Positions 27,633 to 37,966 of a DNA stretch of 64,000 bases are shown here, piece by piece. Under the pieces are notes generated by a model that searched no databases, was not told where the DNA came from, and saw only the letters and a list, made by a program, of their open reading frames with translations. This stretch comes from Candidatus Falkowbacteria bacterium (GTDB lineage Bacteria > Patescibacteriota > Patescibacteriia > XYB2-FULL-38-15): contig JACRNW010000016.1 of assembly GCA_016214745.1 (NCBI GenBank), positions 591-64,590 of the forward strand, in the 5' to 3' direction. Within the stretch, counting starts at the first letter, position 1, and each line of letters begins with the position of its first letter. The translations under genes were made by a program, and so were the position numbers.

Positions 27633-30600
27633 ATGTACACCCCTCAAAAACCAATTGAATTTGATGCGGTAAAACTGAAACTGGCTTCTCCGGAAGAAAT
27701 TCGTTCCTGGTCACATGGCGAAGTCACAAAGCCGGAGACCATCAATTACCGCACGCAAAAACCGGAAAAAGACGGTTTGTTTTCAGAAAAAATCTTTGGC
27801 CCGACGCGGGACTGGGAATGCTATTGCGATAAATATAAAAAAATCCGCTACAAAGGAATTGTCTGCGACAAATGCGGCGTTGAAGTCACGCACTCGCTTG
27901 TTCGCCGGGAAAGAATGGGCCACATTGAACTTGCGGTTCCGATTTCCCATATTTGGTTTTTGCGCGGCGTGCCTTCCAAAATCGGTTTGATTTTGGATTT
28001 GTCCGTTCAAAATTTGGAAAAGGTTATTTATTTCGCGAACTTTATTGTTACCTCCGTCCGGGAAGATTTGATGGAACAGACTATTTTGAATTTGAAACAA
28101 GAATTCAAAAACAAAAAAAAGATGATCATGAATGACACGGAACGTCAGATTGCCCAGCTTAGAAACCAAAAATCAGAAAAGGATAATGCCGATAAATTGG
28201 AAACGCGGATTGTCCAATTAACTTTGGACCGCGATGAAAAAATTGAAGCTCTTGAAGAAGAATTCAGCGGCGCGGAAAAAGAATTAAAAGAATTAAAGCC
28301 GCTAAAAATAATTTCTGAAATGACTTATCACGATCTCTCGCTAAAATACGGCCATCTCTTTGAGGCCGGCATCGGCGCCGAAGCCGTTCGCCAATTGCTT
28401 GAAAAAGTTGATTTAGGAGCGAGCATTAAACCGCTTGAAGAAGAATTAAAAACCGCCATCGGCATAAAAAAAGATAAACTTATCCGCCGAGTAAAACTTT
28501 TCAAAAGTTTAAAAATCAATAAAATCAAACCGGACTGGATGATCTTAAAATCTGTTCCGGTCATTCCGCCCGATCTCCGGCCAATGGTACCGCTGGATGG
28601 CGGCCGTTTTGCCACGAGCGATTTAAACGATCTTTATCGCCGCGTCATTAATCGAAATAATCGCTTGAAGAGATTGGTGGAATTGAATGCTCCGGAAGTC
28701 ATCTGCCGCAACGAAAAAAGAATGTTACAAGAAGCTGTTGACGCGCTGATTGATAATTCCGCCCGCCACAGCAAAACCGTCGTCGCTTCAACCGGACAAA
28801 AAAGAATGTTGAAATCCATTGCCGATGTTCTAAAGGGCAAACAGGGCCGCTTCAGACAAAACCTTTTGGGCAAAAGAATTGATTACTCCGGCCGTTCGGT
28901 CATTGTCGTTGGTCCGAGTTTAAAATTAAATCAATGCGGTCTGCCGAAAAGAATGGCTTTGGAACTTTTTAAACCATTTGTTATCCACCACTTAATCGCG
29001 CGAGAACTGGTCCATAACGTCCGCTCGGCTTCCCGTTTTATTGAATCCGGCCGGCCGGAAGTTTGGGATATTTTGGAAAACGTCGTAAAAGACGCCTTTG
29101 TTCTTTTAAACCGCGCTCCGACCTTGCATCGTTTGGGTATTCAGGCCTTTCAGCCGATTTTAATTGAAGGCAAAGCCATCCAAGTTCATCCGCTCGTCTG
29201 CACGGCTTTCAACGCCGACTTTGATGGAGACCAAATGGCTGTCCACGTTCCTTTGACTGAAGGAGCTAAAGAAGAAGCAAAAAATTTAATGCTTTCAACT
29301 CATAACCTTTTAAAGCCGGCCACTGGTAATCCGATTGCCACGCCAAACAAAGATATTGCTTGGGGCTGTTATTATATGACTGACACTGGAGAGCCGACCG
29401 AAAAAGTAAAACTCTTTTCGGGAACCAAGGATGCAATGCTCGCCTACAATTTCGGCTCAATCACGTTACAGCAAAAAATTAAAGTCAAATGCAATAAAGA
29501 ACTTCTTGCCAAAACCAAAAAAGAAAAAATTGAAAATGGATTTTTGGAGACAACCCTTGGCCGATTAATTTTAAATCAACATTTGCCGCCGTTAATCCCC
29601 TACATCAACGAGGTGACTAATGTAAAAAAATTGAGCGAAGCCATTAAGCTTTGTCTTGAATTTTATGGCGAAGAAAAAACCGCTGAAGTTTTGGATGTGC
29701 TTAAGGAAACTGGTTTTAAATATTTAACTCTTTCCGGTTACTCCTGGGGTATGAACGATCTTCCCGTCATGGCCGACCGAGAAAAACTTATCGCCCGCGG
29801 CGATGAAGAAGTTGATACTATCCAAAAACAATTTGAAGCCGGCCTTCTGACTCAAAATGAATATCATAATAAAATTATCAGCGTTTGGACTACGGTCAAA
29901 GACGACATTATCAAATTAACCAAAGAAAGTTTGGATAAACGCGGTCCGGTTTTCTCCATGATTGATTCCGGCGCCCGCGGCTCTTGGGGTCAGGTTACTC
30001 AGATGATGGGTATGAAAGGTTTAGTGTCCAATCCGGCTGGTGAAATTATTGAATTGCCGGTTAAGGGAAATTTTAAAGCTGGCTTTGATGTTTTGGAATA
30101 TTTTATTTCCACCCACGGCACGAGAAAAGGTTTGTCCGATACTGCGCTCCGTACCGCCAACGCCGGTTATTTAACGCGACGTTTGGTTGATGTCGCCCAG
30201 GATGTAATCGTCACGGAAGAAGATTGCAAAGATACCGAAGGCGTCTTAATGACAAAAAAAGAAAGTGAAGAAATGGGCGAAACACTGATCGCGAGAATCC
30301 TGGGACGTTTTGCGGCGGAAGAAGTTTTAAAGGGAAAAAAAATAATTGTTAAAAAGAATGAACTTATCACCGAAGAAATTGCGAGAGATCTGGAAAAACT
30401 TGATCTGGAGCAAATCCGGGTGCGTTCAATTTTATCTTGCCGGATGAAAAAAGGCGTTTGCCAAAAATGCTACGGCTATGATTTGGGTTACAACAAACTT
30501 GCCAAACTCGGTTCCCCCGTCGGCATTGTCGCGGCCCAGTCCATCGGCGAACCTGGCACTCAGCTTACCATGAGAACTTTCCACACTGGCGGTGTGGCCG

Positions 30601-31535
30601 GTCTTGATATCACCCAAGGTTTGCCGCGCGTTGAAGAACTTTTTGAAGCCCGTTCTCCAAAACGCAAAGCTTTCATTTCCGGCGTTTCGGGCACGGCTCA
30701 GGTGGAAGAAGATGCGAAAACAATTATTGGCCCGACCGGCGAAATCATTACTAAGGGTATTCCGGGACAAAGAAATATTAAAATTAAATATCTTGAAAAA
30801 GAAGAAACCAAATATTCGGTCAGCAAAAATAAAAAAACCACTTTCAAAAAAGGCGACAAGGTCGTAAAAGACGAACTTCTTGGTTTGGATAAAAATGGCA
30901 AAGAAATTAACGCCGCGCATGATGGTATAATTGTTTCAGCCGATGAAAATCACGTGGTAGTGGAAGCTGAAGCCGAAAAAGTTAAAGAATATATCATCCC
31001 GCCGGGCTATACTCTTTGGATAAAAGATGGCGACTTTGTAAATCGCGGCGACCAGCTGACTGAAGGCGATCTGGATTTGCATCAACTCCACAGTTTAAAG
31101 AGCAAAGAGGCGGTGCAAAAATATCTGACCAAAGAAATTCAGCACATTTATACTTCTCAGGGTCAGAAATTAAATGACAAACACATTGAAGTTATTGTCC
31201 GACAGATGTTCTCCCGTGTTTACATCAAAGAATCCGGAGACACGGAACTCTTGCCTGGTGAAATCGTGGAAAAATCACAACTTGAAGAAGCGAACAAACT
31301 CGCTAAAGAAAATAAACTTGAACCAGCCGAGGGCGAAGAACTACTCTTGGGCATCAGTAAAGTTTCTCTTTCCACAGAAAGCTTCTTGTCCGCTGCTTCT
31401 TTCCAGGAAACTGCCCGCGTCTTGATTAACGCGGCCATTACCGGCAAAGTTGACCGTCTGGAAGGCCTAAAAGAAAATGTTATCATCGGCCGCCTGATTC
31501 CGGCGGGCACGGGATTTAAAAAGAATAGAATCTAG
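27633..31535 (+). CDS. rpoC: RNA polymerase beta' subunit
   Basis: Catalytic [40 protein letters not shown]. Confidence 0.99.
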   Translation: MYTPQKPIEFDAVKLKLASPEEIRSWSHGEVTKPETINYRTQKPEKDGLFSEKIFGPTRDWECYCDKYKKIRYKGIVCDKCGVEVTHSLVRRERMGHIELAVPISHIWFLRGVPSKIGLILDLSVQNLEKVIYFANFIVTSVREDLMEQTILNLKQEFKNKKKMIMNDTERQIAQLRNQKSEKDNADKLETRIVQLTLDRDEKIEALEEEFSGAEKELKELKPLKIISEMTYHDLSLKYGHLFEAGIGAEAVRQLLEKVDLGASIKPLEEELKTAIGIKKDKLIRRVKLFKSLKINKIKPDWMILKSVPVIPPDLRPMVPLDGGRFATSDLNDLYRRVINRNNRLKRLVELNAPEVICRNEKRMLQEAVDALIDNSARHSKTVVASTGQKRMLKSIADVLKGKQGRFRQNLLGKRIDYSGRSVIVVGPSLKLNQCGLPKRMALELFKPFVIHHLIARELVHNVRSASRFIESGRPEVWDILENVVKDAFVLLNRAPTLHRLGIQAFQPILIEGKAIQVHPLVCTAFNADFDGDQMAVHVPLTEGAKEEAKNLMLSTHNLLKPATGNPIATPNKDIAWGCYYMTDTGEPTEKVKLFSGTKDAMLAYNFGSITLQQKIKVKCNKELLAKTKKEKIENGFLETTLGRLILNQHLPPLIPYINEVTNVKKLSEAIKLCLEFYGEEKTAEVLDVLKETGFKYLTLSGYSWGMNDLPVMADREKLIARGDEEVDTIQKQFEAGLLTQNEYHNKIISVWTTVKDDIIKLTKESLDKRGPVFSMIDSGARGSWGQVTQMMGMKGLVSNPAGEIIELPVKGNFKAGFDVLEYFISTHGTRKGLSDTALRTANAGYLTRRLVDVAQDVIVTEEDCKDTEGVLMTKKESEEMGETLIARILGRFAAEEVLKGKKIIVKKNELITEEIARDLEKLDLEQIRVRSILSCRMKKGVCQKCYGYDLGYNKLAKLGSPVGIVAAQSIGEPGTQLTMRTFHTGGVAGLDITQGLPRVEELFEARSPKRKAFISGVSGTAQVEEDAKTIIGPTGEIITKGIPGQRNIKIKYLEKEETKYSVSKNKKTTFKKGDKVVKDELLGLDKNGKEINAAHDGIIVSADENHVVVEAEAEKVKEYIIPPGYTLWIKDGDFVNRGDQLTEGDLDLHQLHSLKSKEAVQKYLTKEIQHIYTSQGQKLNDKHIEVIVRQMFSRVYIKESGDTELLPGEIVEKSQLEEANKLAKENKLEPAEGEELLLGISKVSLSTESFLSAASFQETARVLINAAITGKVDRLEGLKENVIIGRLIPAGTGFKKNRI

Positions 31536-31610
31536 AATTTAGAAAATAGAAAGTAGAATTTTGTAATCCAATTATTCTAGCTTCTAGATTCTACTTTCTA
31601 AATTCTAATT

Positions 31611-32342
31611 ATGTCCAGACATTCAAAGTGGTCAAAAATAAAACATCAAAAGGGCGCCGCAGACGTAAAAAGGAGCGCCCTTTTTACGCGCCTTTCCAAA
31701 AACATTACGCTAGCCGTACGCGAAGGCGGAAGTGGCGATCCAAAAATGAATTTCAAATTGCGGCTTGCTATTGATCAGGCGAAAGCAGTTAATCTTCCAA
31801 AAGACACTGTTGACCGGGCGATTCAAAAGGGAATTGGCGCCGGGGAAGAAGGGCAAATTGAACGCGTCCAATACGAAGGATTTTTGCCGGGCGGCGCGGC
31901 GATTATCATTGAATCATTAACCGACAACCGAAACCGGACAAGCGGCGTCGTGAAAAATCTCCTCGGTAAACACGGCGGCAATATGGGTTTACCAAACTCC
32001 GTGGCCTGGATGTTTTTGCGAAAAGGGGTGGTCCGGATTTCCAATTACAAAAACTCTGTCAAAAATTTTGACGAATTCCAGTTGAAGATGATTGACTTTG
32101 GCGCCGACGACATCCAACCCGAAGAAGAAGATTTGGTGATTTATACTGCGCCGGAAAATCTGGAAAAATTGCGCGAAGGATTGGAAAAAGAACAAATCAC
32201 TCCCGAAGAAATAGAGATTGAATTTGTGGCAAAAGAAAAAATTAGCGTCACGGATCTGGCGCAAAAAGAAAAAATTGAAAATCTGCTGAACGAACTGGAT
32301 GAAAATGAAGACGTTGATAATTACTATACAAATCTTGAATAA
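31611..32342 (+). CDS. yebC: YebC/PmpR family protein
   Basis: MSRHSKWSKIKHQKG, YEG..PGG, TDNRNRT, DVDNYYTN. Confidence 0.93.
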   Translation: MSRHSKWSKIKHQKGAADVKRSALFTRLSKNITLAVREGGSGDPKMNFKLRLAIDQAKAVNLPKDTVDRAIQKGIGAGEEGQIERVQYEGFLPGGAAIIIESLTDNRNRTSGVVKNLLGKHGGNMGLPNSVAWMFLRKGVVRISNYKNSVKNFDEFQLKMIDFGADDIQPEEEDLVIYTAPENLEKLREGLEKEQITPEEIEIEFVAKEKISVTDLAQKEKIENLLNELDENEDVDNYYTNLE

Positions 32343-32360
32343 AATTAAATTCGAAAAAAT

Positions 32361-32390
32361 AAAAATTCCACCGCGTTAGGTGGAATTTTT
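32361..32390. terminator. bidirectional terminator (yebC and the minus-strand ncRNA)
   Basis: AAAAATTCCACC-loop-GGTGGAATTTTT. Confidence 0.8.
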
Positions 32391-32418
32391 TGTATTGCCT
32401 TTTTTATTTAAAAGAAAT

Positions 32419-32637
32419 GAGTGCAGAATCCATTTGAAACTGTAGCCTATGGCGATGTGAACCGCCGGTCGGCAGGCAGTGTTTCGACTTTGATGGGTGG
32501 TATTTCAAGGATGACTCCATCGTGCCCAGGAGCACGACTTCATGGTCTACCACCTATCCTGCGCATCAAAGTCTATCTCAGGACCAGCGCCGGGACTTTA
32601 ACCCGGAGCACCTTTACGGTGCGCTGTTTCTGCACTC
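32419..32637 (-). ncRNA. putative ~219-nt structured ncRNA containing a 23S rRNA L1-stalk (H76-H78)-like module and a tRNA-like T-arm domain
   Basis: Terminal 10-bp stem GAGUGCAGAA/UUCUGCACUC; internal GCAGGAUAGGUGG..UGAAG-hairpin-UGGAG..CCUUGAAAUACCACCC closed by GACUUUGAUG/CAUCAAAGUC; promoter places +1 at about 32637. Confidence 0.75.
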
Positions 32638-32643
32638 GTGGCA

Positions 32644-32672
32644 AGTTAACCAATCTTATCTGTTTATGTCAA
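32644..32672 (-). promoter_or_regulatory. sigma70 promoter of the ncRNA
   Basis: TTGACA-17 bp-TTAACT with extended -10 TG. Confidence 0.7.
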
Positions 32673-32735
32673 GTCTACAAAATAATAAAAAGACAGGCCT
32701 TTGTGAAGGGCTGCCTTTTTGTATCGTGGCAATTT

Positions 32736-32930
32736 CTATCCCAAAATTTCCTGCACCCGACCGACTTGTCCGTCTTCTAATCGAACTTTTATTCCGCGCG
32801 GATGAATTGAGGAACTCGTCAAAATATCTTTAACGATTCCTTCGGTCAATTCGCCCGTTGGTTGATCTTTTTTTAAAACAACTTTTACTCGCAGGCCTGG
32901 CTTAATGTCGTCTCGATTGGTCGGGTCCAT
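32736..32930 (-). CDS. YwbE/DUF2196-family small protein
   Basis: R.DIKPGL.V..VLKKDQ.TG.LTEG.VKDILT.S..HP.GIKVRL.DGQVGRV. Confidence 0.85.
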   Translation of the reverse strand: MDPTNRDDIKPGLRVKVVLKKDQPTGELTEGIVKDILTSSSIHPRGIKVRLEDGQVGRVQEILG

Positions 32931-32934
32931 ATTA

Positions 32935-33438
32935 TCAATTATTAATTTTTGGCAAGTGAGACATTATCGCTCTTTGAGTTTCTTCTAAACTTTTATTAGC
33001 ATCGATAATTATCCCAAAGTTATGACAAGAAACGAGAGTGTAAACGGCCCTAGCAGCGTCTTCACCCAGTGTCTTCGGACGCAGTTTGTCTCTGTCTATA
33101 CAAACATTGATTGGCGCTTTTAATGTGAATACGTAATGAGGAAAATTAAGGTTTTTTATGAGGTAATCAAGAACTTCGTAGTGATAAAAGCAACCATCAA
33201 AAATAACAATTTTCCCCTTTTGCAAAAAATCTCTCGCCTTTGGTATTACTATCTCCAAACCTTTAATAAAATTAGCCGCGGGAATACAAGCTGAATTTGG
33301 CTCAAGTTTATCTAAATTATTTTCACTCAAAACCTCGTCTAAAGCGAACCGTTTAGCGTTTAAAATCCGAGCTAGTTTCTCGGCGTTAGTTGATTTCCCG
33401 GATCCCAACGGTCCGTGTAAGACGACAAAGTAGCTCAT
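32935..33438 (-). CDS. P-loop nucleotide-kinase-like (AAA_33-type) protein
   Basis: Walker A HGPLGSGKST, VIFDG, R.K motif. Confidence 0.75.
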   Translation of the reverse strand: MSYFVVLHGPLGSGKSTNAEKLARILNAKRFALDEVLSENNLDKLEPNSACIPAANFIKGLEIVIPKARDFLQKGKIVIFDGCFYHYEVLDYLIKNLNFPHYVFTLKAPINVCIDRDKLRPKTLGEDAARAVYTLVSCHNFGIIIDANKSLEETQRAIMSHLPKINN

Positions 33439-33592
33439 ATCATGAAAACGACAATTAAATTAACGTATGTTGACTAACGAGTTTTATATAAACCAATCTA
33501 CTTTTTTGCTTATTTAAATTATCCGATTATTATGTTATGATTTATGTAGAAAATAGCGGTTTCTAAATACATCTTAACACAAAAAACCAAAA

Positions 33593-34069
33593 ATGATAGT
33601 CTTAGGAATTGACCCAGGATTTGCAAGAACCGGCTACGGAGTGGTGGAAGAAAAAAATAAAAATCTCCGCATGTTGGACTACGGGTGCATTTCAACTCCC
33701 GCGGGCGTTGTTTTTGAAAAAAGATTGGAAAAAATCCGCGAAGAATTAACCCGTCTCATCAAAAAATACAAACCAGGCGTCTGCGCCGTGGAAAAAATAT
33801 TTTTTTGTAAAAATACCAAAACCGCGATTGATGTCGGCCAGGCGAGAGGGGTCGTAATTTTGACTGCCGCGGAAAAAAACTTAAAAATTCTTGAGTTCAC
33901 GCCGCTCCAAGTTAAGCAGTCTATCACGGGCTACGGCAAAGCGGAAAAACAGCAGATGCAAAAAATGGTAAAAATTCTTCTCGGCTTGAAAGATATTCCC
34001 CGGCCGGACGACGCGGCCGATGCCTTGGCGCTCGCGATTGCCGGTTCAAATAATTTTCTCACTAAATAA
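33593..34069 (+). CDS. ruvC: crossover junction endodeoxyribonuclease RuvC
   Basis: LGIDPG, AVE, GQARGV, GYGKAEKQQ, DDAADALA. Confidence 0.96.
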   Translation: MIVLGIDPGFARTGYGVVEEKNKNLRMLDYGCISTPAGVVFEKRLEKIREELTRLIKKYKPGVCAVEKIFFCKNTKTAIDVGQARGVVILTAAEKNLKILEFTPLQVKQSITGYGKAEKQQMQKMVKILLGLKDIPRPDDAADALALAIAGSNNFLTK

Positions 34070-34072
34070 TTT

Positions 34073-35167
34073 ATGGCTACTAAAATTTCCGAAAAACAAA
34101 TCCAAAAATTAATTGAAACTTCGCGGGGAATCATCCGCGACTCGGCTCTGGAAAACGGCGCGATCGTGGCGACCAATACCGACCAAACTTATTACCCGCG
34201 CGAGGCGGCCAACTACCGCTGGGTCTGGCCGCGCGACGCGAGCTATATCTGCGTGGCGGCGGAAATTTTGAAACTTCCCATCCAAGAACCGTTTTTTGAC
34301 TGGATTTACCAAAGGCCGAAAGATTTTAAAAAAGATAAGTTGCTTTACGCCAACTATTCTACGAACGGCCAATTCGGCAGCATGGGTCACATTCTCCAAA
34401 TTGACCAAGCCGGATCGTTGCTTTGGGCCATTCATGAACATTTTAAAAATGATTTAAAGGGAGCTAAAAAATATCATGCTCTTATTGAACGTTTGGCCGA
34501 CGGCTTAACCGCCAACTGGAACAAAAATTATTTCCGGCCGCACACGGTTGATCTTTGGGAAGAACCTCATCGCCAAACTTCCACCACCGTGGAAAATAAT
34601 TTTACCTATTCTTTGGCAGCCTCGGCTCGCGGCCTTCTTTTGGCTTGCGAAATAATTCCCAACTGTCTTTGGAAAGAAGAAGCCCTACAGATGATTGAAA
34701 AAATTAATGACGCCTACAGCGAAACTGACAAATATTTTTATCGCAACAAAGGAAAAATTTCCGACAAGAATGTTGACGCTTCGCTTTTGGGTCTTGTCTG
34801 GCCGTTTGAAATTTTTGAAGCAACTGATGAAAGAGTGGCAAACACTGTCGCAAAAATTGAAGAAAAAATTGTCATGGACGGCGGCGTTCATCGTTATGAG
34901 CAAGATTATTTTGACGGTGAAGGTTCAGCTCAAGAAGGCGGCGGTGCCTGGCCACTTTTAAATTTTTGGATGGCAATTTATTGGGCGAAAAAGGGCGATA
35001 AAGAAAAAGCTCTTTCATATTATAACTGGGTTTTAGAACGAATTGATAAATTCAATGGCTATATTCCGGAACAAATCTTTGATGATTTCCGGGTCGGCGT
35101 TTACCCGCTTGTCTGGGCGCACGCCATGTTTATCATCGCCTCGCGCGAGCTGGGTTTTTTGAAATAA
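34073..35167 (+). CDS. glycoside hydrolase family 15 (glucoamylase-like)
   Basis: Y.WVWPRDA, DLWEE, DASLLGL, W...NFW, PEQ, PLVWAHAMF. Confidence 0.85.
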   Translation: MATKISEKQIQKLIETSRGIIRDSALENGAIVATNTDQTYYPREAANYRWVWPRDASYICVAAEILKLPIQEPFFDWIYQRPKDFKKDKLLYANYSTNGQFGSMGHILQIDQAGSLLWAIHEHFKNDLKGAKKYHALIERLADGLTANWNKNYFRPHTVDLWEEPHRQTSTTVENNFTYSLAASARGLLLACEIIPNCLWKEEALQMIEKINDAYSETDKYFYRNKGKISDKNVDASLLGLVWPFEIFEATDERVANTVAKIEEKIVMDGGVHRYEQDYFDGEGSAQEGGGAWPLLNFWMAIYWAKKGDKEKALSYYNWVLERIDKFNGYIPEQIFDDFRVGVYPLVWAHAMFIIASRELGFLK

Positions 35168-35212
35168 AAATCATTAAACCTTTAATTTCTTCTCTCGTTT
35201 GATAATAAAATT

Positions 35213-36709
35213 ATGAAGAAAAATTTAAAAATCGCCGTGGTGGCCGCGGAAGTCGCTCCTTTTTCAAAAACCGGCGGCTTGGCCGATGTTACGGGATCCC
35301 TACCAAAAATTTTTCACGAAATGAAAAATGAGGTGGTGGTTATTACCCCCTTTTACGGAAAAATAATTGACCCAAAAAAATATTCTCTAACCCTTGTAGA
35401 GAAAAATTTTCCCATTCCTCTTCGGGGGAAAAAGACGATAAAAATTTCTCTCTGGCAAGGAGAAATAGAAAAAAATTTGCCGGTTTATTTTATAGAATAC
35501 AAAAAATATTTTTCTAAAAAACAAAATCTCTACGGTTCAACCCACGAAAATTCTCGTTTCGCTTTTTTTAATTACGCTGTTTTGGAAATTTTGAAAAAAG
35601 TAAATTTCCAGCCAAATATTATTCATTGCCACGACTGGCACGCCGGCCTCATTCCATATTTGCTGAAAAACGATCCTGTTTTCGCCCACGACCAATTTTT
35701 CGCCAATACGACGACGGTTTTCACCATTCATAATTTAGCTTTTCAAATGGGCGGCAACTGGTGGGACGCGCCGCCGGAAAAACGCGATCCGGGCACGGGC
35801 GACCTGCCGAAAATTCACTCCAAGGCAATGGAAAAAATAAATTTCGCCAAACGGGCAATTATTTTCTCCGACGCGATAAATACCGTCTCTGAAAAATACG
35901 CCGAAGAACTTTTGACACCGGAATTTGGCCAGGGATTGGAGAAATTTTTGGGACGCCGGGAAAAAGATTTTTTCGGCATCACGAACGGCATTGATTATGA
36001 AGTTTTCAATCCGGCCATTGATAAAAATATTTATACAAATTACGATTGGGATTCTCTGTGGCGAAAAAGAAAAAATAAACTTGCTTTGCAAAAAGAACTG
36101 GGGCTTGAAGAAGCGGCCGACGTGCCGCTCGTCAGTTTAGCCAGCCGTCTGGCCGAACAAAAGGGTTATGATCTCGTCATTGAAAGTCTTGATACTCTTC
36201 TGAAACTTTCTCTCCAAATTGTTATTATCGCGAGCGGCGGCAAGGACGGCAAAGAATACGCCGACGTTTTCAAAAAAATCGCCAAAAAACATCCGAAAAA
36301 ATTCTCTTTCATCACTCCTTACACCGAAGAGCAGGCCTCAAAAGTTTACGCCGGATCGGATATGCTTCTTATGCCTTCGCGTTTTGAACCTTGCGGCCTT
36401 TCACCTTTAATTTCCTTGCGTTACGGAACGATTCCGATTGTCCATGAAACCGGAGGCTTGGCCGAAACCATCACAAACTTTAATCCGAAAGCCGGCAAGG
36501 GCAACGGCTTTGTTTTTAAAAATTATACCCGGGAAGAATTTCTGGTCGCTCTGATCAGGGCTCTTGAAAATTTTAAATACGAAAAAGTTTGGGAACATTT
36601 GGTGTGGCAATCAATGAAACAATCTTTTTCTTGGGAAATCCCGGCGCAAAAATATCTCGCGTTGTTCAAAAAAGCAGCGAAAAACAGAACTCAAAAAAAG
36701 CGATCTTAA
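35213..36709 (+). CDS. glgA: glycogen/starch synthase (GT5)
   Basis: EVAPFSKTGGLADV, IHCHDWH, FTIHNLAFQ, SRL..QKG, PSRFEPCGL. Confidence 0.93.
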   Translation: MKKNLKIAVVAAEVAPFSKTGGLADVTGSLPKIFHEMKNEVVVITPFYGKIIDPKKYSLTLVEKNFPIPLRGKKTIKISLWQGEIEKNLPVYFIEYKKYFSKKQNLYGSTHENSRFAFFNYAVLEILKKVNFQPNIIHCHDWHAGLIPYLLKNDPVFAHDQFFANTTTVFTIHNLAFQMGGNWWDAPPEKRDPGTGDLPKIHSKAMEKINFAKRAIIFSDAINTVSEKYAEELLTPEFGQGLEKFLGRREKDFFGITNGIDYEVFNPAIDKNIYTNYDWDSLWRKRKNKLALQKELGLEEAADVPLVSLASRLAEQKGYDLVIESLDTLLKLSLQIVIIASGGKDGKEYADVFKKIAKKHPKKFSFITPYTEEQASKVYAGSDMLLMPSRFEPCGLSPLISLRYGTIPIVHETGGLAETITNFNPKAGKGNGFVFKNYTREEFLVALIRALENFKYEKVWEHLVWQSMKQSFSWEIPAQKYLALFKKAAKNRTQKKRS

Positions 36710-36724
36710 AAAATATTTTAACTT

Positions 36725-37951
36725 ATGATTTATTGGGCCAACCTTCTCCACATTTACCAGCCGCCGGGCCAACAAAAAGAAATTACCCAAAAAGTTGCCG
36801 CCGAAAGTTACTGGCGGATTATTGATGTCCTAAAACGTCACCCAAAAGTAAAAATAAATCTGAATATTAACGCTTCGCTCACGGAACAACTTCCCAGCGC
36901 CGGCTTATCAAAACTGACTGCGGCCATTTCCGCTCTCGCTCGGCGCGGCCAAATAGAATTTACCGGCAGCGCCAAATACCACGTCATTCTGGCGCTCCTC
37001 CCCGAAACGGAAATTATCCGGCAAATTGAACTGAATAACCAAACCAATAAAAAATTCTTTGGAAAACTCTGGCAACCGACCGGTTTTTTTATTCCCGAAC
37101 TCTGTTACAGCAAAAAAGTCGCGCGCGTGGTGAAAAAAATGGGCTTCAAGTGGATTGTTCTGGATGAAATCGCCTACAACGGAAAATTTAATAAAGTAAA
37201 ATTTGATAAAAAATATTTAATCAAAGACGTCGGCCTTCCGGTTTTTTTCCGGAACACGCGCGTTTCCAATCTTTTCTTTACGGCCGAAGCGAAGACCGCG
37301 GCTGATTTTTTTAAAATTTTAAAAAAGGACGGCCGTTCCGGAAAATTTCTTCCGACGGCGCTTGACGGAGAAAATCTCGGCCACCACCAAAAAGAAATGG
37401 ATAAACTTTACGCCGATCTTTTGGATAGCGGAAAATTTAATTGTATAACCTTTTCCGATCTTCTAAATCTTTATCTGGATGAAAAAGAGGCGGAACCCAT
37501 TCCTTCAAGCTGGTCGTCCCGGGAGGAAGATCTGAAAAGCAAAGTCGCCTATCCTCTTTGGAAAAATCCAAAAAATGAAATCCACCGCCTGGAATGGCAA
37601 CTGACCGCGCTCGCCATTTCGGAGGTAAACAAAAATCGTAACGACAAAAACTACAACTTGGCGCGTAAAAAACTTGACCAGGCGTTGCACTCTGACCAGT
37701 ATTGGTGGGCCTCCGCCAATCCTTGGTGGTCGGTTAAAATAATTTTAAACGGAGCGAGGATGCTCGCCGATTCTCTAAAACTTCTAAAAAGTATTTCCCC
37801 GAATAAAAAGGAAAAGGCCGAAAATCTTTACCAAAAAATTTCAGATACCGCAAAAAAGTGGCAAGAGAGCGGTCGGGCGGAAAAAATAAAACAAGCGTAC
37901 CTTGCCGGCGAACCCTACGAACGTTATTTCGCCGGAAATGTTATGAAATAA
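36725..37951 (+). CDS. glycoside hydrolase family 57 protein
   Basis: HIYQPP, GSAKYH.IL, GFFIPE, DGENLGHH, SDQYWWAS. Confidence 0.85.
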   Translation: MIYWANLLHIYQPPGQQKEITQKVAAESYWRIIDVLKRHPKVKINLNINASLTEQLPSAGLSKLTAAISALARRGQIEFTGSAKYHVILALLPETEIIRQIELNNQTNKKFFGKLWQPTGFFIPELCYSKKVARVVKKMGFKWIVLDEIAYNGKFNKVKFDKKYLIKDVGLPVFFRNTRVSNLFFTAEAKTAADFFKILKKDGRSGKFLPTALDGENLGHHQKEMDKLYADLLDSGKFNCITFSDLLNLYLDEKEAEPIPSSWSSREEDLKSKVAYPLWKNPKNEIHRLEWQLTALAISEVNKNRNDKNYNLARKKLDQALHSDQYWWASANPWWSVKIILNGARMLADSLKLLKSISPNKKEKAENLYQKISDTAKKWQESGRAEKIKQAYLAGEPYERYFAGNVMK

Positions 37952-37966
37952 TTGATAATTAAAATT

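Noticed and set aside
27819-27845. RpoC zinc-finger reads CYCDKYK rather than the usual CxCGKYK
   Set aside because: Single substitution with all Cys ligands retained; could be a variant or a sequencing error
32419-32637. Alternative identities for the ncRNA: RNase P RNA, FMN or cobalamin riboswitch, 6S RNA
   Set aside because: Lacks GAGGAAAGUCC/CR-V of RNase P; only short out-of-order similarities to riboswitch T-loops; no downstream gene on that strand; branched rather than rod-like. An Rfam search is still needed.
32421-32833. Plus-strand ORFs of 119 and 103 aa over the ncRNA
   Set aside because: No recognisable motifs, GTG starts without support; promoter, terminator and base-pairing favour a minus-strand RNA
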